Origin: Candidatus Margulisiibacteriota bacterium
GTDB taxonomy: Bacteria > Margulisbacteria > WOR-1 > O2-12-FULL-45-9 > XYB2-FULL-48-7
Length of the DNA stretch: 64,000 nucleotides
Direction: 5' to 3'
NCBI GenBank assembly: GCA_025453605.1
Contig: JALOPZ010000002.1
Location: forward strand, 388,631-452,630
Part shown: piece after piece, positions 17,409-26,646 of the stretch
How positions within the stretch are numbered: position 1 is the stretch's first letter
Layout: every line of letters starts with the position of its first letter
Position numbers and translations under genes: made by a program
Notes under the pieces: generated by a model
What the model saw: only the letters and a program-made list of their open reading frames with translations
What the model was told of the DNA's origin: nothing
Database searches by the model: none

Positions 17409-17720
17409 TTAGCGTTTTGAGGGGTGGCCCAGGTCATTTAGGAGCTGGCGGATCCGGTCTATCGACGATTCCAGGGCTTTTTCTTCTTCTTCGCTGAAGC
17501 TGAAAAGCTTTTCCAGCTTCTCTTCTTTCTGCTTGTTGAGGTTCAGCAGAGCGGCCGAATTACCGTCGGCAATTTGCAGGTTGGCCGACTTGGCCAGCTG
17601 GCTCAGGTTCGCCGCAAAGCTCGGGCCGTTCTGGGCCTGGCTCGACGAACTCTGCTTATTGGCCGGCTTGATCGCCGCCGCGTCGTTGATAATATTCGGA
17701 TTCACGTTCCCGATGTTCAT
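17409..17720 (-). CDS. Hypothetical 103-aa Ser/Asn/Ala-rich, likely disordered protein, translationally coupled (ATGA overlap) to the giant gene
   Basis: MNIGNVNPNII...AANLSQLAKSANLQ...EEKLEKLFSFSEEEEKALESSIDRIRQLLNDLG. The size and composition are reminiscent of FlgM-type anti-sigma-28 factors, but similarity is weak. Confidence 0.45.
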   Translation of the reverse strand: MNIGNVNPNIINDAAAIKPANKQSSSSQAQNGPSFAANLSQLAKSANLQIADGNSAALLNLNKQKEEKLEKLFSFSEEEEKALESSIDRIRQLLNDLGHPSKR

Positions 17721-20700
17721 GCTGAATAGTTCCTTCCGACCCCGGCCAGAACAGCTTCTTCCTGCTGGGCCGCCAGATACCGGTCGTAGGCCGACGCCGG
17801 CTTGGCGAACCGGGGCTGCTTGGTTTCTTTCTTGACGCTGGCCTCGGTCCGGGCCGCGGCAACCTCGATCTTCTTCGCCGGCTTCTCTTCCTTGACCGGG
17901 AGCTCGCCGACACTTGCCAGGATCATCCCGGCCCGCTCAACCTCAAGATTATACAACCGCGGCGGCTGAGGCGCCAGCGGGACAACCGGGACCGGCTGCG
18001 GTTGGACCGCTGCCGTTTTGACCGGCCGGGCCGCCGCCAGCTTCTTCAAGATCTCTTCGACCGTCGCCTTATCAACCCCCTTGAGCAGAGCGAGACAGGT
18101 ATTCTCGTCCTTATTTCTCAGGTTGAGATCGGCGATCAGCTGATCGGCTTTGGAGACATAGATATCCTGCTCTTCTTCGACCCGGTGGGCATTGGCTGCC
18201 TTGGCGTCGGCCGCCTTTTGCGCGGTTGCTTCGTCGATCTTCCGGCCGGCATCCAGAGCCGCCTGTCCGGCCGCCACGATCTGCTCCCCTGCCTGCTGCG
18301 CGGCCGGTGTCGCAACGCTGGCCAGAGTCGTTGTCTGGGTCGTCGATCCGCTGCCGCTTTCGACCGCTTCACCCAGGTTCTTGAGCATGGTCTGCAGGGC
18401 GGCGATCTCTCTGTTCAGCTCCTTGATCTCGCCGCGGTTCCCTTTGATCTCCCCCATCAGTTCGTCGATCTTCCCTTTGGCCGCCTCGGTCCCGGCCAGG
18501 GCCGCTTTATGAGCTAGCTTGGCGTTCCGATATGAATCATTAATAGCTATTTTGATATTCTCTTTCTTCGTCAGGTCTGCCTGCTTAGTTTTCCGCTCTG
18601 CCGCTGTCAGCTTACCGCTCTCCAACTCCTGCCGGAGCGCGGCGATCTCCTTCTTATTCTGAACATACTGTTGCTCCAGGCTGGTCAGGTTATTGGCTGT
18701 TTTGACGACCGTCAGCGCGGCTGTCCCCTTGGCTGTCGCCAGCTCGTTGCGCTGGGCGACCAGAGCGGTGATCTCCGCCTGTTTCTGGGCGATCTCCGCC
18801 TGTTTCTGGGCGATCAGCGTCTTGATCTCCGTTTTGGTCAGCTGCTCGGGGTTACCGGCTGCCGCCTGGTTCGGAGCGGTTTTGAACTGGCCTTTGAGGC
18901 CGGATACTTCCTGTTCCAGCTTGACCTGAGCCGCTTTCCCCGATTCGATCTTGGCGTCAAAAGATTTGGTCAGGGCGTCAAGCGAATCGGCCAGGACTTT
19001 CTGGGAGCGGGCCGCCTGTTCCTGCCGCTGGAACTGGTGGGTCACGACCTGCTGGGCCGCCGCCGGATTGCCGGCCGCCGCCGCACCCGCTTCACCGGCC
19101 CGGGTCTGATCGGACGCAGTTGCCTTCTCCAGTTCGTTAACGGTCGCGATATCCGGGTTAAGGAAACTCTGGATAGTATAAACGGAGCTCTCCGGCATCA
19201 TCTTAAAGAACGAAAGGGCGGCATCGGCCTGCATTGATTTAAAACCGAGAACGTCCATCCCCTCTTCGCTCTGCGCCATCATATACTGGTGGGTCTCGAT
19301 GTCAGACTCCATACTATCGAGCGCGCCGGCAAAACCGGCCCCCTCTTCTTCACGCTCTTCAGTCGCGCAGGCGTTATTCTCTTCCTTCTTCTCTTTCCCG
19401 TCCGTTTTCTTCCCGCTCAGATCATTATGGACCGTATTCGATTTTTCATCATCGCCGGTGAAGCAGAGCGGGATCAGAGCGTTCAAGGAGCGGCCGACCA
19501 GATTGATGGTTGAGGAGAGTTTACCAACATTGCGCATGCTCCGGATCAGTTCACCCTTCTGGGAATTCAGCTTTTCTTTATCGACGTTCGATTGCGCCGG
19601 ATAGCTCTCCGCGATCTGCTTATCGATCTGCGCGATCTCTTTCTTCGTCCCGGCCCTGGCGATCGAGCACGAGAGCGAGATGGTCGAGACCGCGGCGCCA
19701 ACGAACGCCTGGGTCATCTGAACATATGCTTCGCGCTTCTGGTTCTCGCGCTGAACGATCGACTCCAGCGTCCCCTTGAGCGCCTCCAGGATCGAGAGGG
19801 CCGCCGAGCGGTTCGCTTCGACGATATCGGTCAGACTGGTGGAGGCCTGGAACTTGCCCATCGCCGCCTTGATCTCGCGCATGATCTGCATCGCCATGGC
19901 GATCGCCAGCTTGGCGTTGTATAAGCGCTCCATCCGGGTGTTGACCAACGCGGTATCGCCGCTGACGGACGAAAGACCGTAGTCGAGCGAGTTGATCAGA
20001 TCGGTCGACATCTGGCGCATGATCTCGTCTTCGCGCGCGTCCAGCTCGTCGGTCCAGTCGCCGGTTTTTTCGCTCTTCTTTTTGCCGTTCATTTCGTCGA
20101 CCGTGTCGTTGACATTGTAGTTCTTGAGCGCGCCGATATCGGCATTGGTCGTGTTGTTCGCTTCGATCACGCTGTACATGTTGGCGGCCAGGTTGCCGAG
20201 GGCCGGCAGGACCTCAGCCAACGCCATCCCGAACGAGCCGGCGGAGGTGGTCGCCATCAGGGACATGCTGGCGGCCGAGCAGGCGATATTGATCCCGCCG
20301 GTAATGCCGGCGTTGATCAGCTGTTTCTCGGCGTCACGCCCCTGGTTCATTACCGCCGCGGTCGTCCGCAGGTCGGCCGCCAGGTTGCTGACGATCCGGA
20401 GAGCGGCCGAGAAGCTGGCCTGATTGACCGATTTGGTCAGCTCCTCGGCGGCGGTCCCCGGCGCGACGCCGGTCAGCTCGCGCTGGACCGCGGCCCGGAC
20501 CTTGGCGCCGAGCGTCAAGGCATCGGAGAGGACCTGCTTCAGGGTGAAGATCCGCTGGATCTGCTTGATCGTTTTGGCGAGCTGGCTGTTGTTAAGCCCG
20601 TGGTAGCCGTCGCCGGTCCCGATCAGACCATTGGCCAGGAAGTCGAGCATCGCCTGCGCTTCCATCCGATCCAGTTTCCCCTCGATCGAATCGTCGTTGG

Positions 20701-23677
20701 CCGCCCGATTCGCCAGAAAAGCGTCCATCTCTTTGTCATTGGACCGATAGCTGATATTGCGCGATTCGTTGCTGGCGGCCAGACCGATCGAAACAGCCGA
20801 GCCGGCGATCGCCGCGCCGAGGTTAATGAACGCCCCGGCGACCGAACCGGCCGGTAAGAGCGAGACGATAAAACCGGCGATCGCGCCGACGCTCTGCCCC
20901 GCCGCGCCAGCGTTCATTTTGCCAAGGGCGATCTGCTTCTGGGTCTCCATGTTCCGGGCGGTGATGTACTGCGACAGCTGGAAGGTGATCGCCGAGGCGA
21001 CCGCCTGCCGCTGAGCAAGGAGCGCTTCGACGCTCTTCATCGTCAACCCTTCGATCGTCGATTCGCCCAGGCTCCCGCCGAAGGTCGCCTTGACCAGCCG
21101 GTTAATATCCTGCTTCTGTTTGGCGAGATAAAAAAGGACGCGGATCGCGTTGTTAAGGGCGTTCAGCTTCCGCTCGAAATTGGCGATCGCCTTGGAATCG
21201 AGGTGGTACATCCCGTCCTTGGTTTTGACCAGAAAAGCGTCGCCTTTGGCGAGGGCGCTCTCCATCTGGGCGATCTCGGCGTCAATGCTGTTAAAGACGT
21301 CGACGACCGTCTCGCCGGTGGAAGCGGTATCCGCTACCACATCAGAAGGAGTCGGCGCGCTGACATTGGGGGTGTCGATATCGCTCAAGATCTGGGAAGC
21401 GGCCAAAGCGGCGGTAGCGCCGAGCGCCGCACAAGCCGCGCCGACCGCGGTCAGCGCCGGCACCCAGGCTGGTGTCGAGGAACCGAGAGAGGCGACCGTG
21501 CAGATCGCGGCGATCACGACCGACGCGATCATCAGAACAATAGCGGCCGCCTGCATCGCCTTGGCCTGCTCCAGCCGGTCAAAGGTGTCGATGTTGAGGA
21601 GGAGCTGGTTGAAAACCGCCGCCCGCATCATCAGCTGCGAGAGGGCGGCGTCGACGATCTGGGTGGTCGGGCCGGTCATCAAGTCGGCCCCGGCGGCGAC
21701 CAGTTCGGCGTTGGTGGCAAAACCGCTCAGGCCGGTCAGCTCGCGGTAAACAGTGTTGCGGATCTCGCTCTTGAGCACGGCCAGGGCGGCGGCCATCCGG
21801 TAAGCGTTCTGTGCTTTGACGACGTTCCCCCGAACGACCTTAACCAGCTGGTCGATGTGCAGGTCCTGGATCGCGTCGCTGTTGTAGAAACCCGGTTCCG
21901 CCCATTTCACCGCTTTACCGTTGCTGCTGTAGTAGATCCCGTCGGACGAATCGCCGTCGGGATCGAAATCTTCGATCCCGAAATAATCGCGCTGGCCCGG
22001 ATCTTCTAAACTATCGAGGACCATGCCTCCAGGCACCAAAAGAATGCCGTAACCGCCCAGCTTGTCGTTGACATAATTCCAGGCCCGGGAGATCCCCTCG
22101 TACAGGACAAAGCGGATCCCGTCGACGAGATTATCGAGCACGATGTTGTCGAGGATATCGTCAACGACGACCCGGCCGATCCACTGGATAGCGTCGCCAA
22201 CACCGCCGTGAGTGCCGTAACCGCCATCCGCCCCCCACCCCTCTTTGGACGCCCAGGCCTTCTCCCACCCTTCGCCGCTAGTCCAGTTCTCGTTATCGTA
22301 GGCCCAGCCGAAAAGGGTCCAAATGATGTGGTCGACGAACTCGCCGATATAATTGAGCGCCGTGGCGATCACGTCAAGGATATTGGCTACCAGGGTCAGA
22401 CAAAACTCGACCGGGTTACGGGTCATATTGATCCCCATCTGACCCAGGTTAAGGACCTGGCCGATGATCGCACCACCGACCCCCAGTTCTTCTCCCAGCC
22501 AGTTCTGGCCGGCGCGCAGACACCCCCCCATACCGGACCAGAATTCATCCCAGCCGCCCGACCACATCTTGTCCCAGGCGGCGTCGCAGTCGTCGATCGC
22601 CTCCATCTCCTCGAGCTTCTTGTTGACTTCCTCCATCTTATCGTCGATCTGCTTGCCGAATTCATCCAGCTTGACCGTCAGCGCGCCCAGCCCGGAGGCG
22701 ACCGAAAGGGCCAGCATCCCCATCGCGCTGTTCTCCGGCATCTGCGCCAGCCCGTCGGTCATCTCTTTGATCATCGTCTGGATCAGCTGCTTGAACACTT
22801 CCAGGTTCCGCTTCATCGCTTCCAGGTACTGTTTCTGGTCCTGGCAGATCTTCCGGTTCAGCTTCTGGGCCTCATAACCTTGCGACCACCAGTTCGACCA
22901 CTTAAAGCCGCTGCTGTTCGACTCGTTCTGAGCGTCGGCCAGCTTTTTGTTGTAAACCGCGGTGTTATGGGTGTTGACCTCTTCCAGCATCTTGGCAAAA
23001 CCTTGCTGAGAAGCTTTCAGGATACCGGAGAAAAGCTTGAGGACGCCGGCGCGCATACTGGCCGATTTACCGCCGTTATCCATCTGCTGGCCGGTATAGA
23101 TCTCGTCGATCAGGTTGTTGATATCCCCCTTGAGCGACATGGCGATCGCCAGGCCGAGGAGCATGTTGAGGTAATGCATCATCTTGCGGGTGAACTCTTT
23201 AAGCGCCTCGTCCTTGAGGTAATAATAACCGTCGGCGCCGGCGCTGGTGTCGATCATTTTATCGGGATCAAAACCGCTGAAGAGGCCGTCCAGCCCTGCG
23301 TCAACAGTGCCGAAAGCTTCTTCCGCGCCGTAGTCGCCGGTCTCGGTCGGGGCGCCGGTCTGGCCAGCGCCAGTAGTCGGGCAAGCATCGCCAGGCTGAC
23401 CGACGCCAGGGTTAACCGGCATGGTCGCCAGGCCGTAAGCGGCAGAGTTGACAACGTAGTTGTCGCCTTCCCGCCCGGCGGCGCGAATATGGGGAGCGGG
23501 GGGATTGGTCCCGGCGGTGACGGTTGCCGCGTCGGGGCCGTTCAACTCCGCCCCGGCCGCCAGGATCGGATCGGCGGTCACAAACTGCGGTTGAGCGGCA
23601 GCGGCGGATGAGCCAAGGAGCTCACCATCGCGGGTGATGTTCTTAATATCAGGGGCTTGAATGGTCGGTGCTGTCAT
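17717..23677 (-). CDS. Giant 1986-aa protein with multiple Ala/Gly-rich hydrophobic segments and a ~600-aa C-terminal coiled-coil region
   Basis: Single uninterrupted ORF with host codon usage. Hydrophobic or glycine-zipper stretches (AAAIVLMIASVVIAAICTVASLG..., AGFIVSLLPAGSVAGAFINLGAAIAGSAVSIGLAA, GITGGINIACSAASMSLMATTSAG). Heptad-like repeats (IAQKQAEIAQKQAEITALVAQRNELA). Trp-rich acidic segment (WDKMWSGGWDEFWSGMGG). Preceded by motif P4. Confidence 0.7.
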   Translation of the reverse strand: MTAPTIQAPDIKNITRDGELLGSSAAAAQPQFVTADPILAAGAELNGPDAATVTAGTNPPAPHIRAAGREGDNYVVNSAAYGLATMPVNPGVGQPGDACPTTGAGQTGAPTETGDYGAEEAFGTVDAGLDGLFSGFDPDKMIDTSAGADGYYYLKDEALKEFTRKMMHYLNMLLGLAIAMSLKGDINNLIDEIYTGQQMDNGGKSASMRAGVLKLFSGILKASQQGFAKMLEEVNTHNTAVYNKKLADAQNESNSSGFKWSNWWSQGYEAQKLNRKICQDQKQYLEAMKRNLEVFKQLIQTMIKEMTDGLAQMPENSAMGMLALSVASGLGALTVKLDEFGKQIDDKMEEVNKKLEEMEAIDDCDAAWDKMWSGGWDEFWSGMGGCLRAGQNWLGEELGVGGAIIGQVLNLGQMGINMTRNPVEFCLTLVANILDVIATALNYIGEFVDHIIWTLFGWAYDNENWTSGEGWEKAWASKEGWGADGGYGTHGGVGDAIQWIGRVVVDDILDNIVLDNLVDGIRFVLYEGISRAWNYVNDKLGGYGILLVPGGMVLDSLEDPGQRDYFGIEDFDPDGDSSDGIYYSSNGKAVKWAEPGFYNSDAIQDLHIDQLVKVVRGNVVKAQNAYRMAAALAVLKSEIRNTVYRELTGLSGFATNAELVAAGADLMTGPTTQIVDAALSQLMMRAAVFNQLLLNIDTFDRLEQAKAMQAAAIVLMIASVVIAAICTVASLGSSTPAWVPALTAVGAACAALGATAALAASQILSDIDTPNVSAPTPSDVVADTASTGETVVDVFNSIDAEIAQMESALAKGDAFLVKTKDGMYHLDSKAIANFERKLNALNNAIRVLFYLAKQKQDINRLVKATFGGSLGESTIEGLTMKSVEALLAQRQAVASAITFQLSQYITARNMETQKQIALGKMNAGAAGQSVGAIAGFIVSLLPAGSVAGAFINLGAAIAGSAVSIGLAASNESRNISYRSNDKEMDAFLANRAANDDSIEGKLDRMEAQAMLDFLANGLIGTGDGYHGLNNSQLAKTIKQIQRIFTLKQVLSDALTLGAKVRAAVQRELTGVAPGTAAEELTKSVNQASFSAALRIVSNLAADLRTTAAVMNQGRDAEKQLINAGITGGINIACSAASMSLMATTSAGSFGMALAEVLPALGNLAANMYSVIEANNTTNADIGALKNYNVNDTVDEMNGKKKSEKTGDWTDELDAREDEIMRQMSTDLINSLDYGLSSVSGDTALVNTRMERLYNAKLAIAMAMQIMREIKAAMGKFQASTSLTDIVEANRSAALSILEALKGTLESIVQRENQKREAYVQMTQAFVGAAVSTISLSCSIARAGTKKEIAQIDKQIAESYPAQSNVDKEKLNSQKGELIRSMRNVGKLSSTINLVGRSLNALIPLCFTGDDEKSNTVHNDLSGKKTDGKEKKEENNACATEEREEEGAGFAGALDSMESDIETHQYMMAQSEEGMDVLGFKSMQADAALSFFKMMPESSVYTIQSFLNPDIATVNELEKATASDQTRAGEAGAAAAGNPAAAQQVVTHQFQRQEQAARSQKVLADSLDALTKSFDAKIESGKAAQVKLEQEVSGLKGQFKTAPNQAAAGNPEQLTKTEIKTLIAQKQAEIAQKQAEITALVAQRNELATAKGTAALTVVKTANNLTSLEQQYVQNKKEIAALRQELESGKLTAAERKTKQADLTKKENIKIAINDSYRNAKLAHKAALAGTEAAKGKIDELMGEIKGNRGEIKELNREIAALQTMLKNLGEAVESGSGSTTQTTTLASVATPAAQQAGEQIVAAGQAALDAGRKIDEATAQKAADAKAANAHRVEEEQDIYVSKADQLIADLNLRNKDENTCLALLKGVDKATVEEILKKLAAARPVKTAAVQPQPVPVVPLAPQPPRLYNLEVERAGMILASVGELPVKEEKPAKKIEVAAARTEASVKKETKQPRFAKPASAYDRYLAAQQEEAVLAGVGRNYSA

Positions 23678-23684
23678 TACAAAT

Positions 23685-23714
23685 ATATATCGGTCCGAAG
23701 GGGGAAAAACTTGC
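23685..23714 (-). promoter_or_regulatory. Sigma-28-like promoter motif P4: GCAAGTTTT-TCCCCCTTCGG-ACCGATATATA
   Basis: Reverse complement of tatatatcggtccgaagggggaaaaacttgc. The ATG lies 8 nt downstream of the CCGATATA element. Confidence 0.6.
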
Positions 23715-23731
23715 GTAATTTGGGGACTTTT

Positions 23732-24964
23732 TTAGCTGGCGGATGGGACAGCAACCTGCCCCTTATTTTGCCTAATACCGTCTAAAATCTGACCGATCCG
23801 GCCGACATCCGTTTGACCTAATTGTTTAAGTGTTACCCTGATCTGCCAAAAAGCCTTGCTGTAGCCTGGCTCTTTGACATCGACCCGGGCGAGTTTCGCC
23901 TCAATTTCCGGGTTTTTAAGCTCCCGAAGCTTGCCGAGCGCCTTATCGTTCCACTCTGATTCTTCGATCGCCTTGCGCTCCGGCAGCTTACCCTCGATCA
24001 TGTACTGCCTGAGAATGGTCGCCGCGAACCGGTCGCGGGAGAGAGCGTCTGTCAACTCCATATCCAGCCCGTCGCGGGACATTTCGCCCTGAAGCTGCAA
24101 AGCCAGTTTGTAAAAGACCATCAGCGCCTGCTGTTGTTCGTGCTTTGAACCGTTGAGCAGCTCAGCCAGTTGGCTGGCCACGTCGTCGGCCCGGTATTCG
24201 CCGTCCTGAGGCGGGAAGTAAGCCTCCATCAGCGCCCGATGCCGCGAGGTCATCAGCTTGAGTTCTTCATGATTGTTTTCCGTCAATCCTCTGGCCACCG
24301 CCAGCAGGTTTTTGGCGCCGATCAATGTCCGGATCCGGGAGGCGGACAAAAAAGTCCGCGCGTCCTGACCGGTCCCACGCAAATAGGTTTTCCCCTGGCG
24401 CAAATTCTCGACCAGTTCACCGGTTGAGACTTTGTCCTTATCACCCATCAGACTGTGCCACTGCTGTTCGCCCACTTTCTGGCCGATCATCTCGGCAAAA
24501 TCCTCTCTGGTGATCCCCCCGCGCAGCTCCGCGGCGGTAAGGACCCTCATAAATTTATCCCGCGGCAGGCTGGCGACGTCGCCGCTCAGAAAATAGACAG
24601 TTTCAAAATAAGCATCCACCCCATCGTTAGCCGGCCGTCCGTTGGGTACAGCGGTCTGGCGCCCCCCCGCGACAGCCACCTTCCCACCCCCGGCCGCTGG
24701 GGCATCCCCTTTGATCTCCGTATCGGCCAGCAACCCGTCATCCCCGGCCACCGCTTTCCACTCCTTTTCGGAGAGAGAGATCTTGACCGTGTCGGAGCAA
24801 TAATCCTGCAGCTCCTTCAGGCTGATCTGTTTATCGCCATCCTGATCGAGCAGCTTGATCTCCCCATCGGCCCCCTGTTTGCTCGAGGAGGCGCTAAGCT
24901 TATTCTTACCGACATATGACGCCACCTGCCGGGCGCTCAATAAGACTTTACCGGTTTCGTTCAT
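23732..24964 (-). CDS. Hypothetical 410-aa protein with an N-terminal EF-hand-like Ca-binding loop
   Basis: DQDGDKQISLKELQDY fits the canonical 12-residue EF-hand loop D-x-D-x-D-x-x-I-x-x-x-E. The rest is unrecognised. Last gene of island operon 5. Confidence 0.55.
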   Translation of the reverse strand: MNETGKVLLSARQVASYVGKNKLSASSSKQGADGEIKLLDQDGDKQISLKELQDYCSDTVKISLSEKEWKAVAGDDGLLADTEIKGDAPAAGGGKVAVAGGRQTAVPNGRPANDGVDAYFETVYFLSGDVASLPRDKFMRVLTAAELRGGITREDFAEMIGQKVGEQQWHSLMGDKDKVSTGELVENLRQGKTYLRGTGQDARTFLSASRIRTLIGAKNLLAVARGLTENNHEELKLMTSRHRALMEAYFPPQDGEYRADDVASQLAELLNGSKHEQQQALMVFYKLALQLQGEMSRDGLDMELTDALSRDRFAATILRQYMIEGKLPERKAIEESEWNDKALGKLRELKNPEIEAKLARVDVKEPGYSKAFWQIRVTLKQLGQTDVGRIGQILDGIRQNKGQVAVPSAS

Positions 24965-25191
24965 TTTTTATCCCTCTGCTCGCGCAGCGCCGTCTTCAGG
25001 TCGGTCAGCTGGGAGCGCATCTTCTGCTGGACCTGCTCCAGATGCGCCTGGGCCGCTTTGGTCCGCCGCCGGGCAGCCGCCAGGGCGACATAGCCGGTCA
25101 GCACCCGCCCGATCGCCGAAACGATCAGCAAGAACGAGAGCGCCAGCGAAAAGCTGACCAGATTAAAGTTTTGCGCCAAATAATCGAACAT
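24961..25191 (-). CDS. Hypothetical 76-aa single-pass membrane protein with coiled-coil tail
   Basis: LVSFSLALSFLLIVSAIGRVLTGYVALAAA is a predicted TM helix, followed by a charged helix. Confidence 0.45.
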   Translation of the reverse strand: MFDYLAQNFNLVSFSLALSFLLIVSAIGRVLTGYVALAAARRRTKAAQAHLEQVQQKMRSQLTDLKTALREQRDKK

Positions 25192-25201
25192 TATTCTCCC
25201 C

Positions 25202-25489
25202 TTATTTCAAAAGCGAGATCGTCGCCGTATTGAACCACTGACGGACTTTCCCCTGAATAAGATCCGGCATAGTCGAACCTTGGGCGGCCGCGCCCACCTT
25301 GGGCTGGCCGTTCCGGTCAGTCCGCTGGACCGCGTTCTGCGCCGCTTTGGTATCGCCCTGGACCGGCGAATGAAGCATATCCAAACACCGTTCGGCCGCC
25401 TCATCGGTCGCCCGCCGGCGCTCGCCGAGATTTTGCCGGCCCGGGCACTTGTTCGAGTCGGCGAGCTGATTGGTCATTTGGACGCCCAT
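25202..25489 (-). CDS. Hypothetical 95-aa protein
   Basis: ORF in island operon 5. No domain recognised. Confidence 0.4.
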   Translation of the reverse strand: MGVQMTNQLADSNKCPGRQNLGERRRATDEAAERCLDMLHSPVQGDTKAAQNAVQRTDRNGQPKVGAAAQGSTMPDLIQGKVRQWFNTATISLLK

Positions 25490-25662
25490 TACAGCAACTC
25501 CTTACGGGCGGCGGCGTAGTCGCCCTTGTTGCCCGACGGTATTTCCTCGGGCGTGATGCCGGACCGGTTCTCCAGAGCGAGCAGATCGGTAACCTCTTTA
25601 CAGAGGGTATCGATCTCCGCTCCGAGCTTATTCAAATTGATGTTTTCGACCGTCGATTCCAT
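25489..25662 (-). CDS. Hypothetical 57-aa protein (first gene of island operon 5)
   Basis: The start is set at the ATG preceded by GGAGGG (9-nt spacing) rather than the upstream GTG. It lies 25 nt downstream of motif P5. Confidence 0.4.
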   Translation of the reverse strand: MESTVENINLNKLGAEIDTLCKEVTDLLALENRSGITPEEIPSGNKGDYAAARKELL

Positions 25663-25684
25663 ATCTGATAGTCCCTCCACTGGT

Positions 25685-25713
25685 TATATCGGGCTTACCC
25701 CCAAAAAACTTGC
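25685..25713 (-). promoter_or_regulatory. Sigma-28-like promoter motif P5: GCAAGTTTT-TTGGGGGTAAG-CCCGATATAA
   Basis: Reverse complement of ttatatcgggcttacccccaaaaaacttgc. Confidence 0.6.
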
Positions 25714-25720
25714 ATCGGGA

Positions 25721-26440
25721 TCACGGTTTTTTTACGGCCTCAACCAGGGGGGCAAAAAAGGCGCGGATCCGGTCAACTGTCCCAGCCTCCCCGGGGTCCC
25801 AGCTCTTCCCCAGGACCAGGTCAACCTCGCCCAGGAGAAAGATATCCCGGTTAGGCTTGTTCCCCTCGCCGACCGTCCTGATCGTCAGCGGACGGACGGT
25901 CGCCCCGGCTTTAGCCGCCAGACTAAGCAATTTCTCCAGTTTTTCGCGGGAATGACGGCTTTCTCCGTAGAAGATCTCATAGTAAATAACGACCGGTTTT
26001 TCGGACTGCAGCCGCTGATAGATCGCCCCGGCAAATAGCCAGGCAGCCGGCCGGTCATCATCCCGACGCGGATAGGGGATATAACCGAGGGTCCGCAAGA
26101 CCCGGCCGACGATCCAGAGCTTGAGGAGCGAATCGGCTACCACCATCGGGAGCTCGGACGAGAGGGCGGCTACCAGGTAGAGAGGAGCGTTGCGGCACGG
26201 TCGGTTGACCAGCAGAATGGTCCGGCCGGCGGCCAGCACCGCCTGACCGGGGGCGACGATCCGGACCCCGCCCAACCGGAGAAAAAAGGCGACGATCACC
26301 CGGGCGATCTGACGGTATAACACTTTTCCCGCCGGGCCCCATGGGGCGATCAGCCAGGAAAACAGGTAAAAGAAAAGAAAGAGCAGCCTAATCCCGAGCC
26401 AGTAATAAAGGTTGGCGATCAGGCGCCGCAGCCATCTCAT
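25721..26440 (-). CDS. PlsC/LPLAT-like acyltransferase-domain membrane protein (degenerate; no canonical HX4D)
   Basis: N-terminal TM region, then ...RTILLVNRPCRNAPLYLVAAL..., an acyltransferase-like fold with Arg in place of the catalytic His. Confidence 0.4.
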   Translation of the reverse strand: MRWLRRLIANLYYWLGIRLLFLFFYLFSWLIAPWGPAGKVLYRQIARVIVAFFLRLGGVRIVAPGQAVLAAGRTILLVNRPCRNAPLYLVAALSSELPMVVADSLLKLWIVGRVLRTLGYIPYPRRDDDRPAAWLFAGAIYQRLQSEKPVVIYYEIFYGESRHSREKLEKLLSLAAKAGATVRPLTIRTVGEGNKPNRDIFLLGEVDLVLGKSWDPGEAGTVDRIRAFFAPLVEAVKKP

Positions 26441-26646
26441 GGCTTGTTATCGTCGTCAACCTGGCTGAAAAAATCGATCTTATAAACCTCGGCCGTTTTC
26501 TGTTCCAGGGCGCTCTTTTCTTTTTCCAGCCGGTCGATGGTCTCACGCAGGCTCGCGGCGCTGGCCGCGGCGGCGACCGTATTCCGCACGACCAAACTGA
26601 TCAGCACGATCAGGACCACCAGCACGATCAGCCAGATGATCATCAT
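26437..26646 (-). CDS. 69-aa single-pass membrane protein with coiled-coil (FtsB/FtsL-like architecture)
   Basis: MMIIWLIVLVVLIVLISLVV followed by ...LRETIDRLEKEKSALEQKTAEVYK. Confidence 0.4.
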   Translation of the reverse strand: MMIIWLIVLVVLIVLISLVVRNTVAAAASAASLRETIDRLEKEKSALEQKTAEVYKIDFFSQVDDDNKP

